Shown here piece after piece: positions 1 through 13,646 of a stretch of 64,000 nt of DNA (positions are counted from its first letter, which is position 1; every line of letters starts with the position of its first letter). The translations under genes were made by a program, and so were the position numbers. The notes under the pieces are model-generated. The model did no database searches. It was not told where the DNA came from and worked only from the letters and a program-made list of their open reading frames with translations. The DNA is from Lytechinus pictus (lineage: Eukaryota): assembly GCF_037042905.1 (NCBI RefSeq), contig NC_087245.1, positions 9,054,001 to 9,118,000 on the forward strand, given 5' to 3'.

Positions 1-2916
1 ACAATCATACAACCTTTTTACCCTCTTAGTTTATTGTTTCCGATGCGGAATATATAGTACATAATTTTCTTTTGAACTTTGGTCTTAGGATTATACATGC
101 CTTATCACTTCCTCAGCCCTTGCCGTAAACTCATTCAGATACCTTTGGACATGATAGTTTGTCAATCGCCGTCACCAACTGCGATTGTATTACAAAATTC
201 ACGCATATATAATTAGAAATCAAGCAGGACTTTATGTAATAAACAACCCAATTCTCGCCGTACGCAAGATATTTTTAGAGAGGCAATATTCCTTCGATTT
301 GGCGGAAAAGCATCGAGGATCATTACTCCGATTTAATCTTAGATACCTTGTAGTTTTTTTGGCTTATTTAAGTTTTACTTTAAATAATGAATTATTTTGT
401 GCACTTTTTTGTTTTATGAAAAAAAATAAAGCAAAATAGTAAGGTATGAAAATTTACTCTGGAACAAACAATAGGGTAAAGTTATCAATACACCGCTGCG
501 TTCTTCATTGAGCTCTATGTAAAGCGCCATTAACGCCCCTCCTCGACACCACTGAGTATTCCAGTTTCTACGTTACCATTTTTGCTCCTCCTCCATATCC
601 AGATAATATTTTGACCATGTCTGATCAAACTGAAAGAATCTAGAGAACAAAAACAATTGTATTGAAAACAAAGAATATTATTTTTTTGTAAAATCGTCAT
701 TTCTTATCATAAAAAAAATCAGACATGTTTAGCCTTGTGATATCTAGTAGAATGAAAGTGCATTCTAAAGTGTAAATAAACCTTATTTACGGAAGGTAGA
801 ATGTAGTGGTCATTTCCCTTGCACACCACTGTCACTGGAAAATCGCTCATGGAAATCGTACGGTTTTTCCCCAAAACGATATTTTATTAATTGATACATA
901 TACATGAACTCAGTGAACTCAATTGTAACCCACCCATGATGGGATTTTGGAAACTTTTTTTTCAAATAAATGAATATTATTTTTTTCTCTTAAGATTCAA
1001 CATTTTAGTTATTTGCTGGTGAACTCGGTGTCAAATTAGTTACATGTACATGTAGCTTCTTTTTTCTATGCTCATTGATATTTGTGGGCTGTAATAAAAA
1101 ATGTAATTTTTATTACATTATAGTATAATAAGCACTCTATCAACTGCACCATGAGACTACGGGAAATATTTCATAATACAAGCGATGACGCCACAAATAA
1201 GACTTTAGATACTCTGACGGCGTATGATGATAAACATCCACAGCCGAAATTTGATAGGAATTGATTCACATCATAGGCGGATCAAGGGGGCCTGAGGGGC
1301 CCGCCCCCCCCCCCCCCCCGCCCCTATTGGCTGAGCAAAAAAAAAGAAAAAAGTGGAAAGAAACAAAAATAAAGGAAAAGAGAGGAGAAAAAAGAAGGAG
1401 AAACATAAAAGGAGGAAGACGAGTGAACAAAATAAGATGAGGGGAAGACATTATTTGGCATAGTATATCTGCTCAAAAGGGGAAAATAATTTTAGAAATC
1501 TTTCATGTCACTACACAGTATAAAATTTTCTCTCGCGCTACGCGCTCGCATTGCCTTTCAAATGATTTATATATCTTGCTCAATATGGAGCTTAAATATC
1601 AAATTTAGAAGTCAATATACAAAACATATTTCAGCTCAGAAATCGAACTTTCAAAATTTTGTTTGATTTACAAATTTATTTTTAAAAAGTGCTCTGTAAA
1701 AATGTACGTTTTATCTTCTGAATATTAACATTTTCTGCTCGCGCTGCGCGCTCGCATAATTTGATTTGTCAGGTACCTATTATTTTCTTGTATTCTATCT
1801 CTAGTAGGTCCATGATTCCATAAAGTTCTCAAAAATATCCCTATTCAGGTCAAATTGTCAAAACGTAACAACTAGCGCTGCACGCTCGCATTTTGATTGG
1901 TGATTTGATATGTAATGTATATCTCAATGTTAATTATATAACAAACTACTTAAAAATCCTCATTTCATGACAGTTCATCAAAAAAATCGGCTCGCGATTT
2001 GCGCTCGCATTGATTGTTAAAAATATTTTAACTCATGCATCTTATTCATAATTACAAAAGTGCTTTAAATGTCCAGTTTTCAGGCCATAATAAATTAACA
2101 GATTTCGCGCACACATTAGGCTTATTAGATTAATAAATAAGATATTGATTTAAAAATCAAATTTTCCCCTTTTTTCAGTATGGAATATCGACAAGTTTTA
2201 TCTCCCGCTTAGGAAGAGAAATAGGAAGATATTCATCATTTTCATATGATGATATAATGTTCTTAGCATGTCCTATGTCAAAACTCAAAGTAATAATAAT
2301 GAAACATATCAGATCTTTTGTTTAACTGTGATTCATATCCACCCCACAATTTTCCTACAAAGTGCTTGAAATACAGAGCTTAAATTTACCCCTTTTCAGA
2401 TCGGAATATCAAATATTTTAAGCTCGCGCTTCGCGCTCGCTTTATTGATTTTCATGATGAAATAAGGTATTTAGAATGCCCGGATTCTAGGTCGGGATCT
2501 GAAACACGCGCACGCATGTTTATTCAGATACGCAGCTTGTTCTCTTTTTAAATCATTATGAGCCTATATATCCAGTTTCAGATCCGAATATCAAAAATTG
2601 TCTGCTCACGCTTTGCGCTCGCATTATTAAAGTAGGAAGATACCAAATTGTACCAAATTTTTTTCATCATTTACAAAACATGAATAGAGTGTCCCGTTTT
2701 TAGTTTGGAAATCTCAATTTTTCCGCTCGCGCTCCGCGCTCGCATCAATTGTTTGGTTATTTACTTATACCATTCATGATTACAAAAAGTGCATAGAACA
2801 TTTTTAAGGCCGGAACGTCAAAAAACTTTCAGCTCGCGCTTCGCGCTCGCATTATTTAATCATTGAAATATGTATCGTCTTAATGGCTAACTGCAAAACG
2901 TCCTTAACATGTCCCT

Positions 2917-3891
2917 TTTTGTCTCACCTGCATAGCAGAGTGAGACTATAGGCGCCGCTTTTCCGACGGCGGCGGCGACGGCGGCGGCGACGGCGGCGGC
3001 GGCGTCAACACCAAATCTTAACCTGAGGTTAAGTTTTTGAAATGACAGCATAACTTAGAAAGTATATGGACCTAGTTCATGAAACTTGGCCATAAGGTTA
3101 ATCAAGTATTACTGAACATCCTGCCTGAGTTTCATGTCACATGACCAAGGTCAAAGGTCATTTAGGGTCAATGAACTTAGACCATGTTGGGGGAATCAAC
3201 ATCAAAATCTTAACCTAAGGTTAAGTTTTCGAAATGTCATCATAACTTAGAAAATATATGGACCTAGTTCATGAAACTTATACATAAGGTTAATCAAGTA
3301 TCACTGAACATCCTGCATGAGTTTCACATCACATGACCAAGGTCAAAGGTCATTTAGGGTCAATGAACTTTGGCCGAATTGGGGGTATCTGTTGAATTAC
3401 CATCATAACTTTGAAAGTTTATGGATCTGATTCATGAAACTTGGACATAATAGTAATCAAGTATTACTGAACATCCTGTGCAAGTTTCAGGTCACATGAT
3501 CAAGGTCAAAGGTCATTTAGGGTCAATGAACTTTGGCCAAATTGGGGTATTTGTTGAATTACAGCCATAAATTTGAAAGTGTGTTGGTCTAGTTCATAAA
3601 ACTTGGACATAATAGTAATCAAGTATCACTGAACATCCTGTGCGAGTTTCAGGTCACATGATCAAGTTCAAAGGTCATGTAAGGTCAAAGAACTTTGGCC
3701 ACGTTGGGGGTATTTGTTGAATTGCCATCATATCTCTATAAGTGTATTGGTCTAGTTCATAAAACGTGGAAATAAGAGTAACCAAGTATCACTGAACATC
3801 TTGTGCGAGTTATAGTAGTTTTCAAAATCAGCACTGCTGCTATATTGAATCGCGTGATGCAGGTGAGACGGCCAGAGGCATTCCACTTGTT
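2917..3891 (+). mobile_element. Helentron-associated non-autonomous element (HINE/DINE-1/pearl/Tsp-like)
   Basis: T-rich insertion site; 13-bp subterminal IR GTCTCACCTGCAT (2921) / ATGCAGGTGAGAC (3857); short partner repeat GTGAGAC near the 5' end; (GGC)n microsatellite; about 5 tandem 160-190 bp units. Confidence 0.8.
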
Positions 3892-4126
3892 AAATTATAA
3901 AAATTTCTGTTCGCGCTTCGCGCTCGCAGTAATTATCTAGTTACATACGCATCCTGTTCAGGTTCACAAACATTGCCCAGAATGTTCAATTTTCAGGACA
4001 AAATACATTAAATTTCAAAATTGTTTAGCTCGCACTTCGCGCTCACACTATTTCAATAGGGCTTATGAAATTATAACACATGTATATTGTTTATAATAAT
4101 AAAGCTAATAAATTACTGTTAGGACA

Positions 4127-4147
4127 TGGGCGTTCCCCCCCCCCCCC

Positions 4148-4179
<32 letters not shown>

Positions 4180-4392
4180 CGATCAAGAAAAAAAAAGAGA
4201 AAAGGAATGGGATAAGGTTGAAATATAATATCATTTTCCAAATAATATGTCAAAATCTATCACGAACTTAGATTTTGGTAATAAAAATGTCAAAATGTTT
4301 GCTCGCTCGATTCGCTCGCTCGTAACTTCTTATCAATTTTACTCGATACGCCATATCGAGCCCCCTCAGTTTGTTTGGCTCATTAGGCCACT
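4127..4392. mobile_element. hAT-type MITE (CAGTGG...CCACTG family), left end damaged, nested in the 1272-4508 element
   Basis: Homologous to 28694-28951 and 14161-14366; ends ggctcattaggccactg. Confidence 0.65.
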
Positions 4393-5027
4393 GGGACAAC
4401 CCCTTCAAAACAAACAAAAATCAACTTTGAGCGGCCGATCGGGGAAAATATGGATGAAAAAAATTTCGGCCCCCCCCCCCCTATTGGCGGAGGCTGGATC
4501 CACCCCTGCACATGATCCAAAATATGGGCCTACGATTACATCAAGCTTAAGTACTCTAGCGATATGACTTGCATTGTGTGAAAGATATCGATCGACACAC
4601 TTTATCAAAAAGGATAAAATCATTGCCAAGAGATGGCGCTATATCTGATACAATGGAGAATCTAAATTGTCACCGACAAAGAATCGGTCAATGTAAAGTT
4701 AATACACTTTGTAAAGTTAGAATAATTGGAATCTGAGGAAAATATTTCAATTTGAATTTGCCAAGGCTTTTATGCAAATAACTAGCCTTTTCAAGAAACA
4801 CGTTGCTTAAATAAAGCAAGATTGCGTGGCAATTTTAGAAAAACCTTATTATATAAAATTTCGGCAAAGCGAAGCTATTTTAATACAGACCGTCACATTG
4901 AGATTTATGGTGAAGTATATCCTTTATTTTAGATTAATTCTCTACACAAAACTCGTTAAAGTTGTCAATGATCCGCTAAGGAAAGCTGTCTAAATTATGT
5001 TTATAAAACTGACTTTAGTCTATCTAA

Positions 5028-5206
5028 CCGCCCTTTCACACGGTAAAAATAATCGTAATTTGGATGATTCCAGTGAAAATTACGAATATTAGCACGTGTG
5101 AAACCAAACTAGATCATGATTAGAATCACGAACGCTAATCACAGTCAAGATAACAATAGCAATCATCATTACAATGATGATTCAAAATTCACGTGTGAAA
5201 AGGCCC
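5028..5206. mobile_element. Small MITE, Harbinger-like
   Basis: IR ccctttcacacg / cgtgtgaaaagg with TAA flanks. Confidence 0.45.
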
Positions 5207-7015
5207 TTAATTTAATGTATATAGTCTAGGTTGTCTTTAAAGCTTTGTTTGTTGAGCTGAATTTATTTTCTAGAAACCATTGTCCTGTGCCGGTCACGCA
5301 CAGGGTACCTCGATAAACAATACATTTCCTTCCTTTCATAACCTTAAAAAATTCAATTTTTTTCAAAATGCATAGAAATTTTACAGATTAACCTCTGAAT
5401 GAAATTGACCCATTTTCCTGTTATGATCATGATATCCCTCCATAAAAGGCAATATCCTAACCACTTTATAGCAGGTTGATGGAATGTAATCATGGATCAA
5501 CTTGTCGGTCCATGGTAATATTCGATGATCAAGGTCGTAGCTTCTGAATCAATGAATGAATTTACGTGCGATCAATGCTCACCGTTACCGGTGGCCATGA
5601 ACACCCCACCCCTCCTCCAAAGCTCCACAACAACAACAACAACAACAAAATGGAAAAGGGCGAAATATAAGCTTTTATAACATTTTTTAAATATACATTT
5701 TGATATTTTGGCTCGCTCGCAACTTTTTAAAAAAATTGCCCGATATATTATGTTAGTCACCTTCATTTATTATTATTATTATTTGCTTATTACGCTCCTG
5801 ACCGATATTCGTGTGAGTGATGGGTTCGTATACATTTTCACTGTTCGTAATAAAGCAAGAGCACGTATGAATTGAGATTCCCTAGTCCTTCTTACTTCCT
5901 ATATGCGTCTCACGACTTTTTAACACTAGCGGACGTGCAAATCGAAAAGACCCAATAGCCTCTTTTGTGTTCACAGTATATGCAGTTTAGGCAAAACACT
6001 GATCAAATCTTAAGTTACAACCATAACGAAGAGTCTGAAGTACAAGTCTGGAGGGTGAAAAACGTTGACCATGCCATCGATCATTTTTTCCGAACTAATG
6101 AAATACTGATATCTTACGAAATTATAAAAAGTATAGATACTGCGCTCGTAGCATTTCATAACGGTATTTGTACCCACACTTTCTTTTAACATTCATTATG
6201 TAATCGACCAAGAAGGTGTGATAGCCTAAATTCGGTACAGCACTGGTTCAGGCGACCTTGATTCGAAACTCAGTTGATGGGTCTGAAATTCTGTTTAATG
6301 CATCACCACTTCCTTCGGACAAGATGTAGAATATTCCTTCATTATATTTGCCGTATACCAGCTTCTATTCCCGCTTACTTTATATATTGATAGGCTAATA
6401 ATATCACGAACCAATAACTACGGTAATCACATTTGGAACCCTCTAAAATCTGGAATCTCTCGGTTTGCACTAATTTGTATTTTATTGATAATTTGAATGA
6501 AAGGAAATCTGATCTTAGAGGGGAAAGTCAACATCCACCCCTTCTTATCTCCTTATGTACAACGCGGTAACTGTAACCTGATCTCCGGGAACTCATTGTT
6601 CGGGCTGATTCCGGGAAAAAAAGGGGGTTATTTACTTGAATAGTTCCCTTCCTTTCATATATGAAATACTGGGAATTCTGGTTCATGATGGTCATCGTGG
6701 TCAGTGATTGTTGAAAATCTTTGTACTGTTTCAGGAAGGAATAGAGAATTCTTCAATATCCTTTATATCGAACGCACGTATTGTTTCCATTTACTAATCC
6801 GAAGGTTGGATATCACATTTTTACTATGTTCTTATGCATGTGTAAACAAAATGTTTATAATTGATCAATGAACTTTAATATTTTCATATGCACCAGAATA
6901 TACTGAAATATTAACTCATTAAGAGTCTCATAAATCGAGCGGGTTTGTTGATGTGGGGAATACTTCGTGAATCTTTCCCCTCTCTTACAGCAGACATCTC
7001 TTCATCCACATGTAT

Positions 7016-7567
7016 AGGTCAAGTCCACCCCAGAAAAATGTTGATTCGAATCAATATAGAAAATCCAACAAGCATAACGCTAAAATTTTTTTATCAAAAT
7101 CAAAGGTAAAATAAGAAAGTTATAGCATTTAGGTTTCGCTTATTTTTCACGAAACAGTTACATGCACAACGCAGTAATATGCCAAGTTTGAATTACCCGA
7201 CGGTATATTTCAATTTTTACAGATCTGATAATAACGACCAACTTACTTGAATCACAAAATATTAAAGGAATTTTAATTCCACATGTTCAGGAAGGAGTAA
7301 AACTTTGTTTCACGTGACTGAGAACAAAATTAAAGTATGTTTTATTTCTTATAATGAAATACATGTACCAAAGAAATAGTGAGTTGATGTCAGCAGTCTT
7401 CTCATTTGCATACCGACCAGATGTGCATAATAACTGTTTCGTAAAATTAAGCGAAACTTTAAATTTTTATAATTTATTACTTCACTTTATATCCGATTTC
7501 TATGAAATTTTCAGTGTTATGCATGTTTAATTTTTCTCTTCTCTTTCTGTTGGGGTGGACTTATCCT
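7016..7567. mobile_element. Kolobok-like MITE family A, decayed copy
   Basis: AGGTCAAGTCCACCCCAG ... TGGGGTGGACTTATCCT-TTAA; homologous along its length to 51421-52013. Confidence 0.8.
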
Positions 7568-9393
7568 TTAACGGTGTAATGAAGATTGAATATGCATCTA
7601 TGAGCGCCACATGTGAGAATGTGTGAATGTAATTGAAATTTTAGAGACGCGTATTCAATCAGATATGATTAGTTACGTCTGGGATCGACCCTCAACGTCA
7701 CCATCCGAAAGACGTGACCCGGGGCTCGAACCTCTGCTTTAGCTCGTAACTACTCCAATGTAGCTTCGATTATAGGCGCACGTACACCACAACACCCACC
7801 CCCTCCCCCACCCTGGGTTTCTATATACACTAATAAACGGCGAGTTCAGAGTTGTAGCACTTGATACTGACCTACCAGGAGAATATACACAGGTCGCAGT
7901 CCATACAAGTATGATCAAATCTTGTCATTGATAACAGTTTGAATGATTTTTTTTGTTACGTTGGCAATTCATTTGCCTGTGTGTTACTTTTTTTTTCCTT
8001 TCCCACCCTTCTCTCTCTCTCTCTATCTCCCACTCTCTCCTTTCCTTTCTCTTTGTTACCTTCAGCTCTCTTCTCTTTCCCCCGTCATTTCCACTCATTT
8101 TCAGTTACAAGTAAATAAATTTGTTTATACATTTTATCAATCGCATGCTACACCTCTTTATGATTACGAGTATTTTATTATGGTTTAGTTATTAATATAT
8201 ATTGTAAATCAACCATTGGAATTGGGACAGGAGGCTTCATGCCACGGTAATTAAGTTAACTTTTCCTGTTCCTGGCGTTTCAATGATTGATATTTCTTAT
8301 ATTGTATTGTTTACGCTGAAATGTATTTTGTATATTATTTGCCGAATAAATAATAATAAGGTGACAATCAGTGTCATTTGTGGAGGCCTGAATATTAATC
8401 TTTAGAGCAGCAAATTTGTTTATCACTTACCTGTTTATAATAACTGGTCTTTATAGTACGTCACTATTTCGCCCATACAAAGAATTTACAATCAGACGTC
8501 GATGGAATATTTTGATATCAATTGATGAAAGCTGAAAATAAAAAATCTCTCTGTACTTGATCCATCCATGAACCTAGGTCCATGATCCATCCGACGCATA
8601 TTAAGGTCTCGAATAAGAACTATTTCTTAGCATGGAGGTAATCATGAACTGAGAAATATTTCAATGCATATCTTAAACAATGTAAACTGCATCTCCCGAA
8701 GTATGAGCATTTCATGAGCGCATTTTGAGAACATGAAGCAAGGCATATATCGGGACTTTATTACTATTTTCTGTTAATATATCTTATGACCTTTTGTAAT
8801 AACCACCATCCCCAAAATAACAAGGGGCACGTTAATGAAAGTACTTGGACTAACCTCGAATGGAATACAAGTGTTTGCCATATAAAGCTTGTAGATCCCC
8901 AGTATTTAAATGAGAGAAATTTAATTTACATTTTACGTCATTGCATCACGCGATTTGGTCCTAATTTGGACGCAGTAAACATATCAGCTTACAGGTCTGT
9001 CCGTGTAAATCTTGTCAAGATTATTGTTCACTCGTAAGGAGAGCTGAAGCATTGTGAAGAGTCGGTTGATTTGCAGATGAGGTTTGGGTTTGAATCTAAT
9101 TCAGTTTTTATTAGGAATCGCTAGTTAGTGACAGAATAGGTAAGTTTATTTATCGTATTTTTTTCCAAATGATATTTCTTTCAGATTTACAGATGGACAC
9201 TGTGATTGCAATCTCACTTTCCCCCATTTTATGCTATTTCACAGTTTTTTTTTTTTTTTGGGGGGGGGGTGGTTGTTTGTTTGGTTAGTTAGGGTTTTTT
9301 AACATGACGGGTTAAGTTTCGGTTTCAAATTATAAGTTTGTCGGGGTGCTTATCGATACATTAATACGTTACATGTAAATCACTTATTATTAA

Positions 9394-9975
9394 AGGAGAA
9401 TGAAACTCTTGGAGCAAGTTAGCTTTTGTGAAAACAGAAAAATCAAAGAATAAGATCATCAAAGTTTGAGTAAAATAGGACTAGCAATAGAAGAGTTATG
9501 AGCATTTATATGTCGAGATCACTAATGCTATGGAGATCCTCCAATTGGCAATGCGACCAAGATCTATGATGTCACAGATGAACAACTCTCCCCTTTTGGA
9601 CACTGAAAATATACCCCAAACATCTCTTTTTGCTCATTCTAATCATATGACAAACGATTCATCAATGATATAATGTTGTGAAACCTCTGTACTTGTCCTC
9701 TCATAAAGAGAACACCTCACCTTGTGATAGACTCTATAAAAGTGAGAATATAAGTGAAATAAGTACTAAAGTAATGAGGGAGTTGTACGTGTGTGACATC
9801 ACGGATCTTGGTCACATTGCCAATGAGAGGATCTACATGGCATTAGTGATCTCAATATTCAAATGCTCATAACTTTCTTATCATTCATTCAATCTTCCTC
9901 AAACTTTCAACAATATGTTTCTTAGATTTTTCTTTTTGATATGGATTCAGCTGGTTTCAAGGGTTTCATTCTCCT
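9394..9975. mobile_element. Kolobok-like MITE family B, copy 1
   Basis: TTAA TSD on both sides; TIR AGGAGAATGAAAC / GTTTCATTCTCCT; long imperfect inverted arms. Confidence 0.88.
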
Positions 9976-10080
9976 TTAAGAAACTCCTCAAGTATTTTGT
10001 AAATTGAAACAGAGATTAAACATTTCATCTTGAGAAAACAGCCGACCTGAAATATATGCATATAGCTGCCATGTTCTTAA

Positions 10081-10662
10081 AGGAGAATGAAACTCTTGGA
10101 GCAAGTTAGCTTTTGTGAAAGCAGAAAAATCAAAGAATAAGATCTACAAAACTTTGAGAAAAATAGGACTAGCAATAAAAGAGTTATGAGCATATGAATG
10201 TCGAGATCACTAATGCTATGGAGATCCTCCCATTGGCAATGCGACCAAGATCTGTGATGTCACACACGTACAACTCTCCCATTTGGACACTGAAAATATA
10301 CCCCAAAACATCTCTTTTTGCTCATTCTAATCAGATGACAAACGATTCATCAATTATATAATGTTGTGAAACCTCTGTACTTGTCATCTCATAAAGAGAA
10401 CACCTCACCTTGTGATAGACTCTATAAAAGTGAGAGTATAAGTGAAATAAGTACTAAAGTAATGAGGGAGTTGTACGTGTGTGATATCACAGATCTTGGT
10501 CGCATTGCCGTTGGGAGGATCTACATGGCACTAGTGATCTCAATATTCGAATGCTCATAACTTTCTTATTATTCATTCAATCTTCCTCAAACTTTCAACA
10601 ATATGTTTCTTTGATTTTTCTCTTTGATATGGATTCAGCTGGTTTCAAGGGTTTCATTCTCC
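10081..10662. mobile_element. Kolobok-like MITE family B, copy 2
   Basis: Near-identical direct copy of 9394-9975; left TTAA present, right terminal T and TTAA missing. Confidence 0.88.
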
Positions 10663-11541
10663 AGTATATTAAGTTTCAAAAGAGATTGAAAAGATATCGT
10701 TCTACTCACTAATACAAAAAGTTAAATTTAAATCTCACTCTTTACTCTTTGGAATCGCGTCATCAATTTCCAGTGAATGTTGATTAATTCATTTAATAGA
10801 AGGCTAAACACATATAACATGGCCTGTACGATCACTTTAAAGTGGTTTCGTCAGTGGTCACTATTTTAACTCCCATAAACTTATTGGACCAAAATGTGCC
10901 TGAGTTTTTTATAAATTCAATATAGTAAATTATGCAATGGTTTTAAACTGGAATGTTTCAATAGTTCTTTTTAGAATGAAAAACGAATTTGTGAAAGACT
11001 AGCATATATTATCCAGAAAAGACCTTCATCTTTTACCATTTTCCCTAATTTCCTTGTTCGTGAAACTCTTTTTTTTCTGGGCAATATACCCATGCCCCCA
11101 CCCTCATTAGTAATCAGTAATGATAGTTTTCATCGTAATGCTAGTCAAAACAGTGATTCTCGCACACTTTTTTAATAGGTGAATTACCTCAAATTCTTTT
11201 CCGGATCCATTTTTTTTTGGTGGTGTAATGTGTTTACATGGGACCTTGTCTATACGTAACTAATTTTATATCAATGTTTACCCACAGCGAAAGTAAAATA
11301 AGATCGCTGGTATACTCGTGAAACGTAACGTATCTGTCAAGGCCGTATTTGACAACTATCAAATGACCATAGATCAAATATGGCATCGCTGGATATGCAA
11401 AACTGATAAAAAGAGGATACAGCCTTATTGCTGAGTGTGTTTTGTAATCTTGACACTTCTTAAATGTATGTCTGTGTAAATTTAAAAATAAAAATAATGA
11501 TAACAATCACACTACGAGGGCGGACACAATGGTGACCGGAC

Positions 11542-11900
11542 ATGATGGCTCATTGGTAGAGCGCCCACCTGCCTTATGAACGGAAGGTCATGGGTTTGAT
11601 CCCGGCCGAGTCATATGACCTTCTGCCTTCTTATCAGGCGCTCGACGTATGAGAATGGAGTAGGGTAATAATAACATATTATGTTATGCAGGGCCCACCG
11701 GAAGAACAGCTGAGAGTGGCTACCCTGGGTAAAAAAAGTTATCAATATTATTATTTTATTATTATTATTAGTAGTAGTAGTAGTATTATCATTACTATTA
11801 TTATCATCATTATTATTATTATTATTATAATTATTATTATTATTATTATTGTTGTTATTATTATTATTATTATCATCATCATCATCATCATCGTCATCTA
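11542..11900 (+). mobile_element. tRNA-derived SINE with (ATT)n/(ATC)n tail
   Basis: A-box-like TGGCTCATTGGTAGAGCG, B-box-like GGTTTGATCCC, 3' ggctaccctgggtaaa, then a trinucleotide tail. Confidence 0.7.
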
Positions 11901-13185
11901 TGAATGAAAGTTTTTCTCTATGGGCTAAAATTTAAGAGGATATTGAACAAAATGTTTTATTATTTGTGAGGTTGATTACCTAGAAATTTAGTTGAACGTA
12001 AAAAAAAGTAATAACCACTTATTTTTCTAATTAATACATGCATATATGTATGTATATATTTTTGCCGAACCACAAATAACAAAGTAAACAATGGTAGGCC
12101 TTCAAGGTGTGGAAATGAAATGAGAGGGACTGCCAACCGAAAATGCAAGTCGATTTTTTATTGAAATTAATTTGACTTTGCTCTATTAAAGGTCGTCGTG
12201 ACCTAATATCCAGGAGGGAAATTACCACCGGGCCCCGGAATTATCAAAATCTATACTTACTGGCAAATCCCTCCCCCAAAAAGCCATCACGATCAGCATG
12301 GTCGTTTCGCTTTAAAACCGTTTTGAAAAGTAATAAGCGTGAACAACCATGTAAGTTAATAAAAAGTTGGATAGTGAGTAAGATAGTGACGATGTAATAG
12401 TAATTGCATTCAAATTGCGCTCAAATTTCTAACTATGTCTCATACAATTCAAATGGATGGAGAAGTTTCTAGGATTAAAATCAAATTATATATTTTTGCG
12501 GCATAATTTAGTGTACGAATGAAAGATATTGAGAAGGGCCAATGTTAATCTGCAACAGCAGACAGAATGATATATCGGAATATCGAATAAAACGTCGGAC
12601 AAGTTCTTTAATTAAACTTACACCAGATATCTCCTTTTTCGAATGTAAATCATAAACGAACAAGCGTATGAAGAACATGAAGAATCAGGCATCCCTCTCC
12701 CCATCCCTGTGAAGCACCGAAGCATTTTTGCTCACATTTTTTAAATAACTTTATTCTATTTTGTATGCTGTATCTCTCTAATTAAGTGGGGTTTTTTGGG
12801 AGGGTCTATCGACCCCTGGACAGGATATTTCATTAATTATCTTGACCTCCTAGACATTCAATGGCAAACATTGAGTTACGGCATTGAAGAACTACCAATT
12901 AAATTCCTGGATTATTACCTAATGCATATGCGCTCATTAAGAATAGTTGTGAGATGGGTCACACTGCGTATTGGCCTGCATCAAATTTGAGTGAAAGAAG
13001 ACGCCCTTTGTAATTTCTTGTATTTCGAATTAACCTATTTATGCATTATGCTAATTTTGGAAACGATGCGCATATGAAATAATGGGGGTGTCCTATCTAC
13101 CGTGACGGGCGTGGCGAGAATATATCATAAACCATACGTTGGTACCATAATTCTGATCAAAATAGAAAAAAAGTGTGTCTTTGAA

Positions 13186-13225
<40 letters not shown>

Positions 13226-13330
13226 TTTTTTTGGGGGGGGGGGGGTAATTAATCAGCCCCCAATCATTTTTGCTGACTCTCCTTGGTATGTACTATCCTA
13301 TCATGAACTTTATTTTATATTCGTTACAAT

Positions 13331-13646
13331 GGCCCGTATTCTGAAGTCAGTTTTAACTTAGACCATGGTCTAACTTTGTGCTAAAATTATGGGAAGCCAA
13401 TAGTGTCAAAAATTTTATTCAGTTGTATGTTTCTTGTGTTTGCTGTGCTCTTTCCTGATTCATCGATGGTGAAGAAAATCATCTTTTTATACTTCCTAGA
13501 CAATTATGAATGATTTGAGAGCCAAATGAGCTTAACTATGGTATGTCTACTGTTAGTGCCTTATGTACTGTAACAATTGGCTATCCATACTTAAAGCAAA
13601 ACTTTAAACCTGAGTTTAAGTTAAACCCGACTTCAGAATACGGGCC
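13331..13646. mobile_element. PIF/Harbinger-like MITE
   Basis: Perfect TIR GGCCCGTATTCTGAAGTC / GACTTCAGAATACGGGCC; 3-bp TSD AAT. Confidence 0.85.

Larger units (their letters stand above)
1272..4508. mobile_element. Non-autonomous TIR element (hAT-like termini) with internal GCTCGCGCTTCGCGCTCGC modules and two nested insertions
   Basis: Termini CATAGGCGGATC / GGATCCACCCCTG are imperfect inverted repeats flanked by CACAT on both sides; about 12 spaced copies of the GC motif. Confidence 0.7.

Noticed and set aside
1500..4330. Regularly spaced GCTCGCGCTTCGCGCTCGC motif resembling a CRISPR array
   Set aside because: Repeats are degenerate, spacing is long and irregular, spacers resemble each other, there are no cas genes, and the context is a eukaryotic transposon interior
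7670..7800. CGTC..CATCCGAAAGACG motif suggesting a ribozyme on the minus strand
   Set aside because: I could not assemble a full hammerhead core (CUGAUGA/GAAA with three stems); more likely a SINE-internal domain fragment
9678..10560. Duplicated 64-aa ORF resembling a small gene pair
   Set aside because: Both lie inside the twin MITEs and start at GTG; no coding features
11542..11625. tRNA-like sequences here and at 35520-35606 and 59018-59092
   Set aside because: No convincing cloverleaf or acceptor stem; they continue into SINE bodies, so they were called SINE heads
11686..11907. Poly-Ile ORF; likewise poly-His/Thr/Ser ORFs at 32955-33256 and 39903-40142
   Set aside because: Translations of trinucleotide microsatellites or low-complexity DNA
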